Part shown: one piece after another, positions 50,034 through 58,283 of the stretch | How the letters are laid out: each line of letters opens with the position of its first letter | Position numbering within the stretch: the first letter of the stretch is position 1 | Origin: a virus | Lineage: Duplodnaviria > Caudoviricetes | DNA: 64,000 nucleotides | IMG/VR virus record: IMGVR_UViG_3300017716_001756 | Span: 1 to 64,000 of that record | Reading direction: 5' to 3' (one strand) | Program-made: the position numbers and the translations under genes | The notes under the pieces: generated by a model | Told to the model about the DNA's origin: nothing | What the model saw: only the letters and a program-made list of their open reading frames with translations | Database searches by the model: none

Positions 50034-50744
50034 TTGAGGCCAATGAACAAGCAACGAACGGATCACTACGGAGTGCATCTAGCCTCTAATGGCCTTTGGT
50101 TTCTTATCCAGAATGACGAGCAAAATGAACGTGGACTTCTCAATGTCAAAAGTAATATCGCAGTTAAAACACATCGTAACCGACCAGTCTCTCACTCAAT
50201 CCGGTTGGGTTCTGGCGAACTCGGTGACGATCTTTCTGCTGCAACTCTCGAATGGCTTTCTAGGGACAAGCTAGGAAGCCTTCTGCTCCCTGATCCTCGG
50301 AACGCGGGTAGGGTGGTCTTCGTAGAAGAAGACCCTAAACTTCACAATCAAATCTATCTTGTAGGCTCGCTGACTTCATCGATTCGTGCGCCAGTACGAC
50401 TGGCGTGGACCGTGACCTTGGGGGAGGCCAAGGCAGAATTTCGGCTCACAAATGTTCAACCCTTCATCATCACCGGTGTCACTCCTAAATGGATGGCGCA
50501 ACATGGTTCCGAAATCGCCGCCCTATTCAGGGCGGGTACTAGACCTCTTATCCTTGTTGGCTCTAGCGACGTTGTTATACCTCGCGAAGTCCAAGAAAGA
50601 TTGAAGCCCGGTGCCTTCCGTCGCCTAGGAAAACACACCCCTCAACAGCTTGAGCAAATGGGTTCAAGCTTTCTTCAGAAATGGTTTACCGATGCAAGAA
50701 AAAATAACGATCAGTGGCGAGCAGTATTCGTACCAAGAATTTGA
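50034..50744 (+). CDS. Hypothetical protein
   Basis: 236-aa ORF coupled to its neighbours. Confidence 0.6.
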   Translation: MRPMNKQRTDHYGVHLASNGLWFLIQNDEQNERGLLNVKSNIAVKTHRNRPVSHSIRLGSGELGDDLSAATLEWLSRDKLGSLLLPDPRNAGRVVFVEEDPKLHNQIYLVGSLTSSIRAPVRLAWTVTLGEAKAEFRLTNVQPFIITGVTPKWMAQHGSEIAALFRAGTRPLILVGSSDVVIPREVQERLKPGAFRRLGKHTPQQLEQMGSSFLQKWFTDARKNNDQWRAVFVPRI

Positions 50745-51144
50745 TTACATTCAGGAAGATACCACGGTATTGGCTCAGATTCTGAGAACACAAGCCAATC
50801 TCCTTGATAGAGGGGTCTCTGATGGACTCACCTTCAGCGCCGATGCCCCGGTTAACGTTCTCTATCATAAAGACCTAGTTGTAGGTTTCATGATTTATGA
50901 AGACACTGGCTCCATCGAACGCACGATCACTCTTGCGTGGGTCCATCCCGCACATCGACAGAAGGGTCTCCATAGTTTTCTGTTTAGGAAACTGAAGGAT
51001 CAGGCAACCGAACACGGATTCTTCCGAATCCTCCGAGGGCATCATAAGGAAAATTATGCGTCTGCTCTTGCACAAATGAGTCAGGGTTCCCAGATTTACG
51101 CCACGAACGGTGATTACGTTTACACGAGGAACGATCTGCGATGA
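50692..51144 (+). CDS. GNAT acetyltransferase
   Basis: VVGFMIY...AWVHPAHRQKGLHSFLF...ENYAS. Confidence 0.8.
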   Translation: MQEKITISGEQYSYQEFDYIQEDTTVLAQILRTQANLLDRGVSDGLTFSADAPVNVLYHKDLVVGFMIYEDTGSIERTITLAWVHPAHRQKGLHSFLFRKLKDQATEHGFFRILRGHHKENYASALAQMSQGSQIYATNGDYVYTRNDLR

Positions 51145-51153
51145 CCCCGATTT

Positions 51154-51369
51154 TTGTATTCAGCTCAAATCTCTCTGGTAACTTCTATCTATGTGCATAG
51201 ACCCGAGGGACATGAGGTAGATCATGAGATACCATTAAATCATCCTTTAGTATGTGGGCTACATTGTGTAGCCAATCTTCAGTATCTTATTGCTGAAGTT
51301 AACAGAGAAAAATCAAATAGGTTTAACCCCAATGACTTCAGTTACCCTTCGCGACTATCAACAGCTTGA
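51154..51369 (+). pseudogene. Truncated HNH endonuclease remnant overlapping the helicase start
   Basis: Only the C-terminal HNH core remains ([27 protein letters not shown]...NREKSNRF), with no credible start codon. Nearly matches the HNH at 22937-23359. Confidence 0.75.
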
Positions 51370-52816
51370 TCTAGCCTACATGATTCATAAGGGTCGAGGT
51401 CTCTTCATGCACGATCCGGGAGTTGGATAGCCCGAAAGGGCACATGGAAAAACCCCCCCCGCCTGTATCTTCATCTATTATGTCTGGGCCAAGCATAGGG
51501 CTAAGACACAGTGGGCAATGCCTACACATTTGATGAAGAAGAACAAGGCCGAACTACTGCGATGGAGTAATTTCAGGGATGAAGAGATTGTCATTGTGGA
51601 CGGTACCGCAAAGCAGCGAGACGCTCTGCGTAACAATAGTGTTGCCAAGGTATTCATTACTTCTTTCCCCGAACTTACCCGCAAGGATAAGCAGAAGGTT
51701 CCTGCTTGGCAAAAGTTCCCCGGCACCGATCTGATAGTTATCGACGAATTCCAGAAGTATTTCTCGAATCACGATAGCCCCTCTACTCAAGAGCTTTACC
51801 GATGCATGAAGAGCAAGAAATTCTTCCTCGGCATGAGCGGTACCGTGATGAAGGGAAGACTGGACAGCGCCTACCCGATGATTCAAATCATCGCCCCACA
51901 ATACTACGGGAACTATTGGGACTTCTTGATGCAACACGCTATCAAGGATTTCTGGGGTAAGGTTATTGGATGGAGAAACCATGAGAAGCTTAAACAAGTC
52001 CTCTATAGGATCGGTCGTCGTACATCTTTTGAAGATGTTTTTGGCAAGAGAGATATCGTTTTCTTTATTGAGGAAATTGATATGGGACTCGGTCAGAAAA
52101 AACTATACGACCAATTCAAATCCATGGGGATGGTTGAGCTTGAGAAAGTCGTCCTCGAAGGGTCGAACGAAGGCGTAAACCTTCTAAGACTCCGACAGAT
52201 TCTGGCACACCCCGAACGAATCTCTGTCCCGATGGAGAGAGATAAGGACGGAAAGATTACTAGGTTTGAAGTCGTCGATGCCTCAGGGAGCGTTGACACG
52301 GAACGTGACGAACGTATCAAGCTTCATATCCAAGACCACCTCGATACCAAGGAGCCACTTGTTATCGTATCGACCTTGATTCCCGAGCAAGAGCGTCTAT
52401 ATAAGCTCGCAACCAGCATGGGGATGAAGACGGCCCTCATCAATTCCAACACGCCTAACAGCACCCGATGGAAGATTGACGAGGACTTTCAGGCTGGAAG
52501 ACTTCAGTGCGTGGTAGGTTCGCCCACCACTATGGGCACAGGCTTCAATTGGTCGCACATCAACCATATCCTTTTTGCAGGATTGGATTTTGCGACTGAT
52601 GATTTCATTCAGATGCTGATGCGAGCCTTCCGGGGCAAGCGGAATCAGCCTCTGAAGGCCACACTGATTCAATACAAGAATTCTGTGGAGCAGCACTTGG
52701 ATAAGGTACACGACGAGAAGAGCCGACAGTCGAGCATTGTCGATCCTACTTATCTCACACTGAACCTGAGCGGGCATCATAGAACACCTGAAAATGGGGT
52801 CTTCGTGAGCGGTTGA
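51332..52816 (+). CDS. SF2 (SNF2-like) DNA helicase, interrupted in motif I by an in-frame UAG-containing 21-nt insert
   Basis: ATG 51332 gives MTSVTLRDYQQ (Q motif)...HDPGVG, then TAG, then in the same frame GKTPP...IVIDEFQKY...MSGT...GTGFN...QMLMRAFRG. Confidence 0.9.
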
Positions 52817-52841
52817 CAAAGACCCACACGGTCCCCATATT
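52813..52841 (+). promoter_or_regulatory. sigma70-type promoter upstream of the putative SSB gene
   Basis: TTGACA-17 nt-CATATT. Confidence 0.6.
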
Positions 52842-52898
52842 AGTTCGGCCTTAGGGCTAGAACTTGAAACTACGAATACGAAAAAGGAAATTGAAACT

Positions 52899-53558
52899 AT
52901 GAACGATATTGATAATCTCATCGCGCAAGCTGAAGATCGTGGCAGCGAAGTTGCCCAAAATGCTCCCCAAAATAACGCTGTAGCCGTGCGGACTGAGCCC
53001 AATGCTCTGGCCCGTCGCCCTTCGCTCGACAACCTGATGAACTCAGGCATGAGCGTTGATGACTACATCAAGGTGAGCGAACACGGTCTGTCGGTCGTCG
53101 TCGAAAACAAATCGACGCTGTTCGATGAAGTCCAAGCGGTCCTCGATATGACCGAAGTTGTCTCCACTGAGGCGATCAAGTTCGGCAACCCGCCGACCTA
53201 CTTCAAGACCATGGATGGTCTCGTCTGCGCCGATGGTCGCACGACTTGGACCCAAGCTATCGAGAAGGGTGCCGCGTACAATCCGCCCGCCACTCCGTAC
53301 TCGTCGGCTGATATCCCGTTCACGATCACGACTCCGATTGTGGACAAAAAGGGCGCTGTCGTTTACGACACTGGTACCCGTCTGGGCTACTCGCTGTCTA
53401 CTACGAACCGCGAAGCCTTCGCTCGCTTCCTCCGTGAAGTGAACGAGAACAATCTGCGCCATGAACGGGTCCGAGTGAAGATTGGCTACGAAGCCAAATC
53501 CAACAAGGATTACACTTGGGGCATCGTGACCTTCGAACTGCTTGGCGTTGCTGAGTAA
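52899..53558 (+). CDS. Probable single-stranded DNA-binding protein
   Basis: Own promoter, AAAGGA RBS and terminator; located between helicase and exonuclease genes. Function inferred from context. Confidence 0.45.
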   Translation: MNDIDNLIAQAEDRGSEVAQNAPQNNAVAVRTEPNALARRPSLDNLMNSGMSVDDYIKVSEHGLSVVVENKSTLFDEVQAVLDMTEVVSTEAIKFGNPPTYFKTMDGLVCADGRTTWTQAIEKGAAYNPPATPYSSADIPFTITTPIVDKKGAVVYDTGTRLGYSLSTTNREAFARFLREVNENNLRHERVRVKIGYEAKSNKDYTWGIVTFELLGVAE

Positions 53559-53579
53559 CCCAAGGTCCATGACAGACTG

Positions 53580-53609
53580 AATGGCGGGCTTCGGCCCGCC
53601 ATTTTCTTT
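53580..53609 (+). terminator. Intrinsic terminator
   Basis: AATGGCGGGC-TTCG-GCCCGCCATT followed by TTCTTT. Confidence 0.9.
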
Positions 53610-53979
53610 AGGAAAATCAAATGATGGAATTTATTCTAGGAATGCTGGTGTTCTGGCTCTTCTTCTGTGAGCAATGTCCGCGTCGTGTTTGACCTATTTG
53701 ACGCCGATTTCGCTGAGATTGAAGCAAGAGTTCTAGCAACCTCGACCGAAGACCGAGACTACGGAGAAGTCCGTCGTGTGGTTTCGGACGTTGAAGAAAC
53801 TGTAGACGACAGACTCGACGCAAAAGAAACAATCACCCGCCGTAAACTGGCTTACGCTCTCTATCGAGAAGATGCCTACACCTACGGCACCAAACCGGTC
53901 TCTGAGAGAGACCTTCCCAAGCTCGATCATCATACCTACATGATGAAAGCTGGCAGGATTATAGGATTTTCAAGGTAGT

Positions 53980-54423
53980 TCAAACGTTAAATGAGTTACC
54001 CTTTTCAACGTTGGCTTTAGCAGTTAGGTACTGGAAGTTCTGAACTGTGTGAAGTCCACAAACGTTCTTCCCCTTGAGAGGAATCACATGATCAACATGG
54101 TGTCCTTCAGGACAGGCTTCATAGAAAGCTTTGATCGCTTCTTGATCTGCCCATTTAGGTGTTTGATTTTTGGTTCTTAGACGACGAGCGTTAGTATGGT
54201 AGTTGACGAGACCCTTGTTGGCTTTTTTCCATTTAGGTCCGTAAGCTTTCATATAATCAGCATGATATCCCTTGTTGGCCCTGAAGAATTTTAATGTCCG
54301 TTCCTTATTACACACGACGCAATCGTTGTTGCTGACGTAGCGACCAGAATCGTGTCTGTACTTACAGACTTTTCCTGACGTATAAATGTTTGAGCCAGCG
54401 GCTATTGCTTCTGTCTTGGTCAT
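53980..54423 (-). CDS. HNH homing endonuclease (antisense insertion)
   Basis: GKVCKYRHDSGRYVSNNDCVVC; TPKWAD; HHVDHVIPLKGKNVCGLHTVQNFQYLTAKANVEKGN. Confidence 0.9.
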   Translation of the reverse strand: MTKTEAIAAGSNIYTSGKVCKYRHDSGRYVSNNDCVVCNKERTLKFFRANKGYHADYMKAYGPKWKKANKGLVNYHTNARRLRTKNQTPKWADQEAIKAFYEACPEGHHVDHVIPLKGKNVCGLHTVQNFQYLTAKANVEKGNSFNV

Positions 54424-54456
54424 CCCCTATCTTAACATCTGAAAACGAGAAAACAA

Positions 54457-55290
54457 ATGGTTACTTATACACTCATTGATGGGTCGAACTGGCTCCGTCG
54501 CAAGTTTGAGGAAGACCGGAATATCTCCGGTCTCCGTGCCAGCGTTAACGCACTCCGCAGCGAAATTGCACGACCGGGAAATCAGGTCGTCTTCTTCTGG
54601 GATGGTAGTGGTGGCAACGATTATCGCAAGGCGATCTTCCCCGACTATAAGGGCAACCGAGACAAGACCAACGATGGTCTTGAAGAGTTCTATATCCAGC
54701 AAAGAATTTTCCGTGAGATTGTGAGGAATCTTCCGATCCCCTACTTCCGCACCGATGGATATGAGGCCGACGATATCATCGCGGCTTTCGCCAGCGTCCT
54801 CCCCCCCGAATCCAAGGTTCATATCAAGTCCACAGATAAGGACTTCGAACAAATCCCCGGATCGACTCATGAAGGTAAGACCATTACTGAAGTCTTGCAG
54901 AAAGAAATCGATGCTGCTGCTGCAAAAGGTAAGCCGATTGTTGGCGCTGATCCTGTCGTCACTTCGGACCTTGTTATTCCCTTCAAGGTCATGGTTGGAG
55001 ATAAGTCAGACAATATCCCCGGTATACCCGGCTTCGGAGCCAAGAGGTGGCTGTTGTCTGACAAGGCAGCTATCGATAGATGGTTCCGATCCGACTTCGA
55101 TCCAATCTGTGTCCCCGAAATGTCCGACAAACTCCAACTGTGGTGTGCTGAGAACAGGGACTTGCTCCGTGCGATGAGAGACATTTGTAGGTTCCGAACC
55201 ATTGACAAAGAACTGCTCAACACTCATATGAAAATGGGTGTTGATAACCCCTCTGCCGTCGAGCAGATTTTGAAAGAGAACTTGGCCTAA
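54457..55290 (+). CDS. 5'-3' exonuclease / flap endonuclease (PolI N-domain-like)
   Basis: LIDGSN, FFWDG, YKGNR, YEADDII, STDKDFEQ, GDKSDNIPGIPGFG. Confidence 0.93.
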   Translation: MVTYTLIDGSNWLRRKFEEDRNISGLRASVNALRSEIARPGNQVVFFWDGSGGNDYRKAIFPDYKGNRDKTNDGLEEFYIQQRIFREIVRNLPIPYFRTDGYEADDIIAAFASVLPPESKVHIKSTDKDFEQIPGSTHEGKTITEVLQKEIDAAAAKGKPIVGADPVVTSDLVIPFKVMVGDKSDNIPGIPGFGAKRWLLSDKAAIDRWFRSDFDPICVPEMSDKLQLWCAENRDLLRAMRDICRFRTIDKELLNTHMKMGVDNPSAVEQILKENLA

Positions 55291-55639
55291 TGAACGCTGG
55301 CGTACAACTCACAGGAATTATCCAACCCTCCCCGGATATGATCTACGACCAAAATTATGAGACCGGAGAAACAATTCTCCCCCTCGTAGAGGGGCAGTGG
55401 ACTATATTCAGTGTGCAGCCGATCTTTACTCAAAAAGATGAAACCCTTCCTATCCAGCGGGACTACCATGCAGGACACCCTGCGGGTAGTCGTTGCCAAG
55501 TAACTTGGCTTGCTGCCGATCAGGTGGCCTACAAACACAGTGTTGGACTCTTCCTCGCTCAACAAGAAAAACAACGGCAAGCACAGATTGCCCAATCCTC
55601 CAAGCCTAAGCTCGTACTGCCCCAACTAGGATAAAGATC

Positions 55640-56134
55640 ATGTGGAAAGCTGCCGCAATCGCAGCGCACGGCGACCAGCGTTACGGAAACAAACCGTATT
55701 GGCGTCACCTTCAGGACGTTGAAGACGTTCTGAAGGACTTTGGATTCGTATCATCTGACTACCAAGCAGCCGCTTGGCTTCACGATGTAGTCGAAGATAC
55801 TGCGATCACCATCGACGATATTCATAACCAATTTGGTAAGGAAGTTTCTCGGTTGGTGTGGGCAGTCACGGGTGAAGGGCATAACCGCCGAGCCCGACAA
55901 GCCAGCATCATGAAAAAGCTCCACAACACGAAGGAAGCTTGCCCCCTGAAACTGGCAGATAGAATCGCTAACCTTGAGGCCGCTGTCCAAGAAGGCAACG
56001 TCCAAGGGAAGTTTGCGATGTACCATAAGGAACAGGCAGAATTCGCGAAGGTGGTCCAGAAACACGTTCCCGCTGAAATGTGGGACCGTTTGGTTCGCCT
56101 CTTTGACTATGCCGCAGCAAAAGGATGGGTCTAA
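55640..56134 (+). CDS. HD-domain hydrolase, RelA/SpoT (Mesh1-like) type
   Basis: AHGDQRYGNKPYWRH...AAWLHDVVEDT...FGKEV...KLADRIANL. Confidence 0.88.
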   Translation: MWKAAAIAAHGDQRYGNKPYWRHLQDVEDVLKDFGFVSSDYQAAAWLHDVVEDTAITIDDIHNQFGKEVSRLVWAVTGEGHNRRARQASIMKKLHNTKEACPLKLADRIANLEAAVQEGNVQGKFAMYHKEQAEFAKVVQKHVPAEMWDRLVRLFDYAAAKGWV

Positions 56135-56374
56135 TGACTCTTATCGGAAAACATATTCTGACTCTCGACGATATCTCTCACGTTATCTACGATAAAGGGA
56201 AAGACGAGTACACGCTTATCAACGAACACGGCCTTCCGTTCGTTTCCAACTTGAAGCTGGACGCTAATGAGTATGAGCAACTGTTGGTCGAGCTTGGCGT
56301 GGAATTCGATTTCCCACACACCGATATCGCTTGGGACGATTCCTCAGGACATTTCGTTACGGAGTGTCCGACTG

Positions 56375-56938
56375 ATGGTTCCTAACCCTTATTCAATCCG
56401 AACCCGGAGCGGCAGCTTTCTGGATTTCCAGAACCCTCAACCAGATGCGATTCATCTGGAAGATATCGCTGTCGCTCTGTCCCGAGCCCCTCGTTTCAAC
56501 GGCCACACTGGCCCCTTCTACAGTGTGGCCCAACACGCAGTCTTCGTAGCACGGTTCATTGATAGGGATAGGGATCAAGTTTCGCCAGTCAGCAAGTACG
56601 GGCTTCATCACGACGATAGTGAAGCCTATCTAGCCGACGTTCCTACGCCAGCAAAGCGGCTGATGCCGGAGTATTACGCTCTTGAAATGAAAGTCATGAG
56701 TGCCGTAGCGACCAAGTTTGATTTGCCACAAGATTTCCAGACCCATGGGCTTGTGATCGAAGCTGATCGAGCCATGTTGTTCATGGAACGGGATCAGATG
56801 ATCGATGATACGGTTCGATGGACTAACGAGGACCAACACCCCGGCCTCAAATTACTCGAAGTCTTCCCTGATTGGGAGCCTTGGAGCAGCGAAAAAGCCG
56901 CCAGTATTTTTTATTCCGAAGCATTGATGAGGAACTGA
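56375..56938 (+). CDS. HD-domain 5'-deoxynucleotidase-like (YfbR type)
   Basis: IHLEDIAVALS...RFNGH...YSVAQH...LHHDDSEAYLADVPTPAK...ADRAML. Confidence 0.88.
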   Translation: MVPNPYSIRTRSGSFLDFQNPQPDAIHLEDIAVALSRAPRFNGHTGPFYSVAQHAVFVARFIDRDRDQVSPVSKYGLHHDDSEAYLADVPTPAKRLMPEYYALEMKVMSAVATKFDLPQDFQTHGLVIEADRAMLFMERDQMIDDTVRWTNEDQHPGLKLLEVFPDWEPWSSEKAASIFYSEALMRN

Positions 56939-57833
56939 TGTATAAAGAAAAAGAAGACTATATGGAATTCCTAAACGGTCAGGAAGCTTACGACCGTGGG
57001 GACGAACGGGATGACACCCAGAGCCTTATGTGGGTTTCTGGATGGGATGAGGCTGAACGTCTTGACCCTCAGCAACAATTGTAATCGCCCCCTAAAGCAT
57101 TCCCTAGACCCTCACGTCAGGCATCTGGCGGAGACACATGAGCCCTACAATAAGGATCAATCAGATGAAACAAGACCAAATCAAATACGTCCGCGCGAGA
57201 GCGGAGAGCATTCTGGCCCAGAAACAAGCGAATCTTAAAAGGAAACACACTACCGGAGCCATCACACTGAGCAATCGTGAGAAGGCTCAAGCCATCCAAG
57301 ATGGGGAATTCACCATCGATGTTGAAGCTGCGAGCGATGACCGCTACGGCAACCAATGGTACGGTCTCATCAAGTTCCCGGCGGAACGTTACCAAAGCTT
57401 TGACCAAGATGAATACAATAAAATCAATGCCCCGCTCGTCGTCGCCTACAACAAACTGCTGGATGAACTGATGCTTGGGGACAACACTCAGGCTCTGGAA
57501 CTTCTGCGGGCTTTTGAGGCTCTTAGTGACTCCTAACGAGTTCAACAGGCAAACCGCCCAGACTCTGATTCATCTAGCCTCCGACCTGTTGAGTGGTAAA
57601 TACCAAGCCTCTCAATGGGAAGGTGGTGATGAAGACAGCGGAGAATTTTATGTCCGATACTACCGCCACAACCCCTGCAAATTTCAGGCTGATATATCCT
57701 AACCTCTTCATAGCTCTGGCTCTCGATTATAGTCACAGTAAGGATTGGGGTTACATTTACGCCATCATGTTGGGCGACACCAATTCAATGCGATTGTTCC
57801 GAGGAACAGGCAAAACCAAAGAGGAAGCTATCA

Positions 57834-58283
57834 ATGAAGCACTCCGATCATACGAAAACGAATTTCATTCTAAGCACTGAGACAAAATACGGCGTTGAAT
57901 ATGTAGGCTATTACGACCTCCCTGATGGTCGTGAGGGCATCTATGTATTCTATCAAAAGAATCCCCGTACCGATCTTGGTCACAGCAATTACATGGGGGT
58001 CTTCTTCGATGTAACTCAAGGATGGTTCGTTACGAATGCTAAATCAATCGTTCAAGCTAGGTTCCCCGCTATCCAGCTTCCGAACGGTAAATTCATTGTC
58101 TCTCGCTATCGTCATGATTTCGTTCAGGACGAAGACACAGGAAAATTTATTGATGGTGGATTGGATTACACCCGTAGTAATTCAGCAGTGAATGCCTATA
58201 TGAACATCATAGATGGTAAGGAAATTTTTTATGCAAACGCCCCCACACGACAAGATCAGATCGGTACTGATCGACCGGCGTAA
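57834..58283 (+). CDS. Hypothetical protein upstream of the DNA polymerase
   Basis: SRYRHDFV...FIDGGLDYTR segment; coupled to the polymerase start. Confidence 0.6.
   Translation: MKHSDHTKTNFILSTETKYGVEYVGYYDLPDGREGIYVFYQKNPRTDLGHSNYMGVFFDVTQGWFVTNAKSIVQARFPAIQLPNGKFIVSRYRHDFVQDEDTGKFIDGGLDYTRSNSAVNAYMNIIDGKEIFYANAPTRQDQIGTDRPA

Larger units (their letters stand above)
29843..50089 (+). other. Dense array of small, mostly hypothetical co-oriented early/middle genes
   Basis: Dozens of short plus-strand ORFs with overlapping stop/start codons (e.g. 29843-30160, 30157-30381, 35560-35733, 35733-35918, 36081-36332, 36410-36766, 36759-37061, 40380-40604, 41240-41518, 41515-41799, 43158-43451, 44870-45193, 45194-45544, 45898-46218, 47450-47716, 47716-48036, 48408-48734, 49150-49407). 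Confidence 0.75.

Noticed and set aside
51424-51448. Helicase insert as a group I/II intron or intein
   Set aside because: 21 nt is far too short for a self-splicing ribozyme, no register gives both a 5'-exon U and a terminal G, and it contains a stop so it cannot be an intein.
51518-52816. ORF-track call of a 432-aa helicase starting at ATG 51518
   Set aside because: It lacks the Q motif and Walker A, which are encoded in frame upstream (51332-51454); the real gene starts at 51332.
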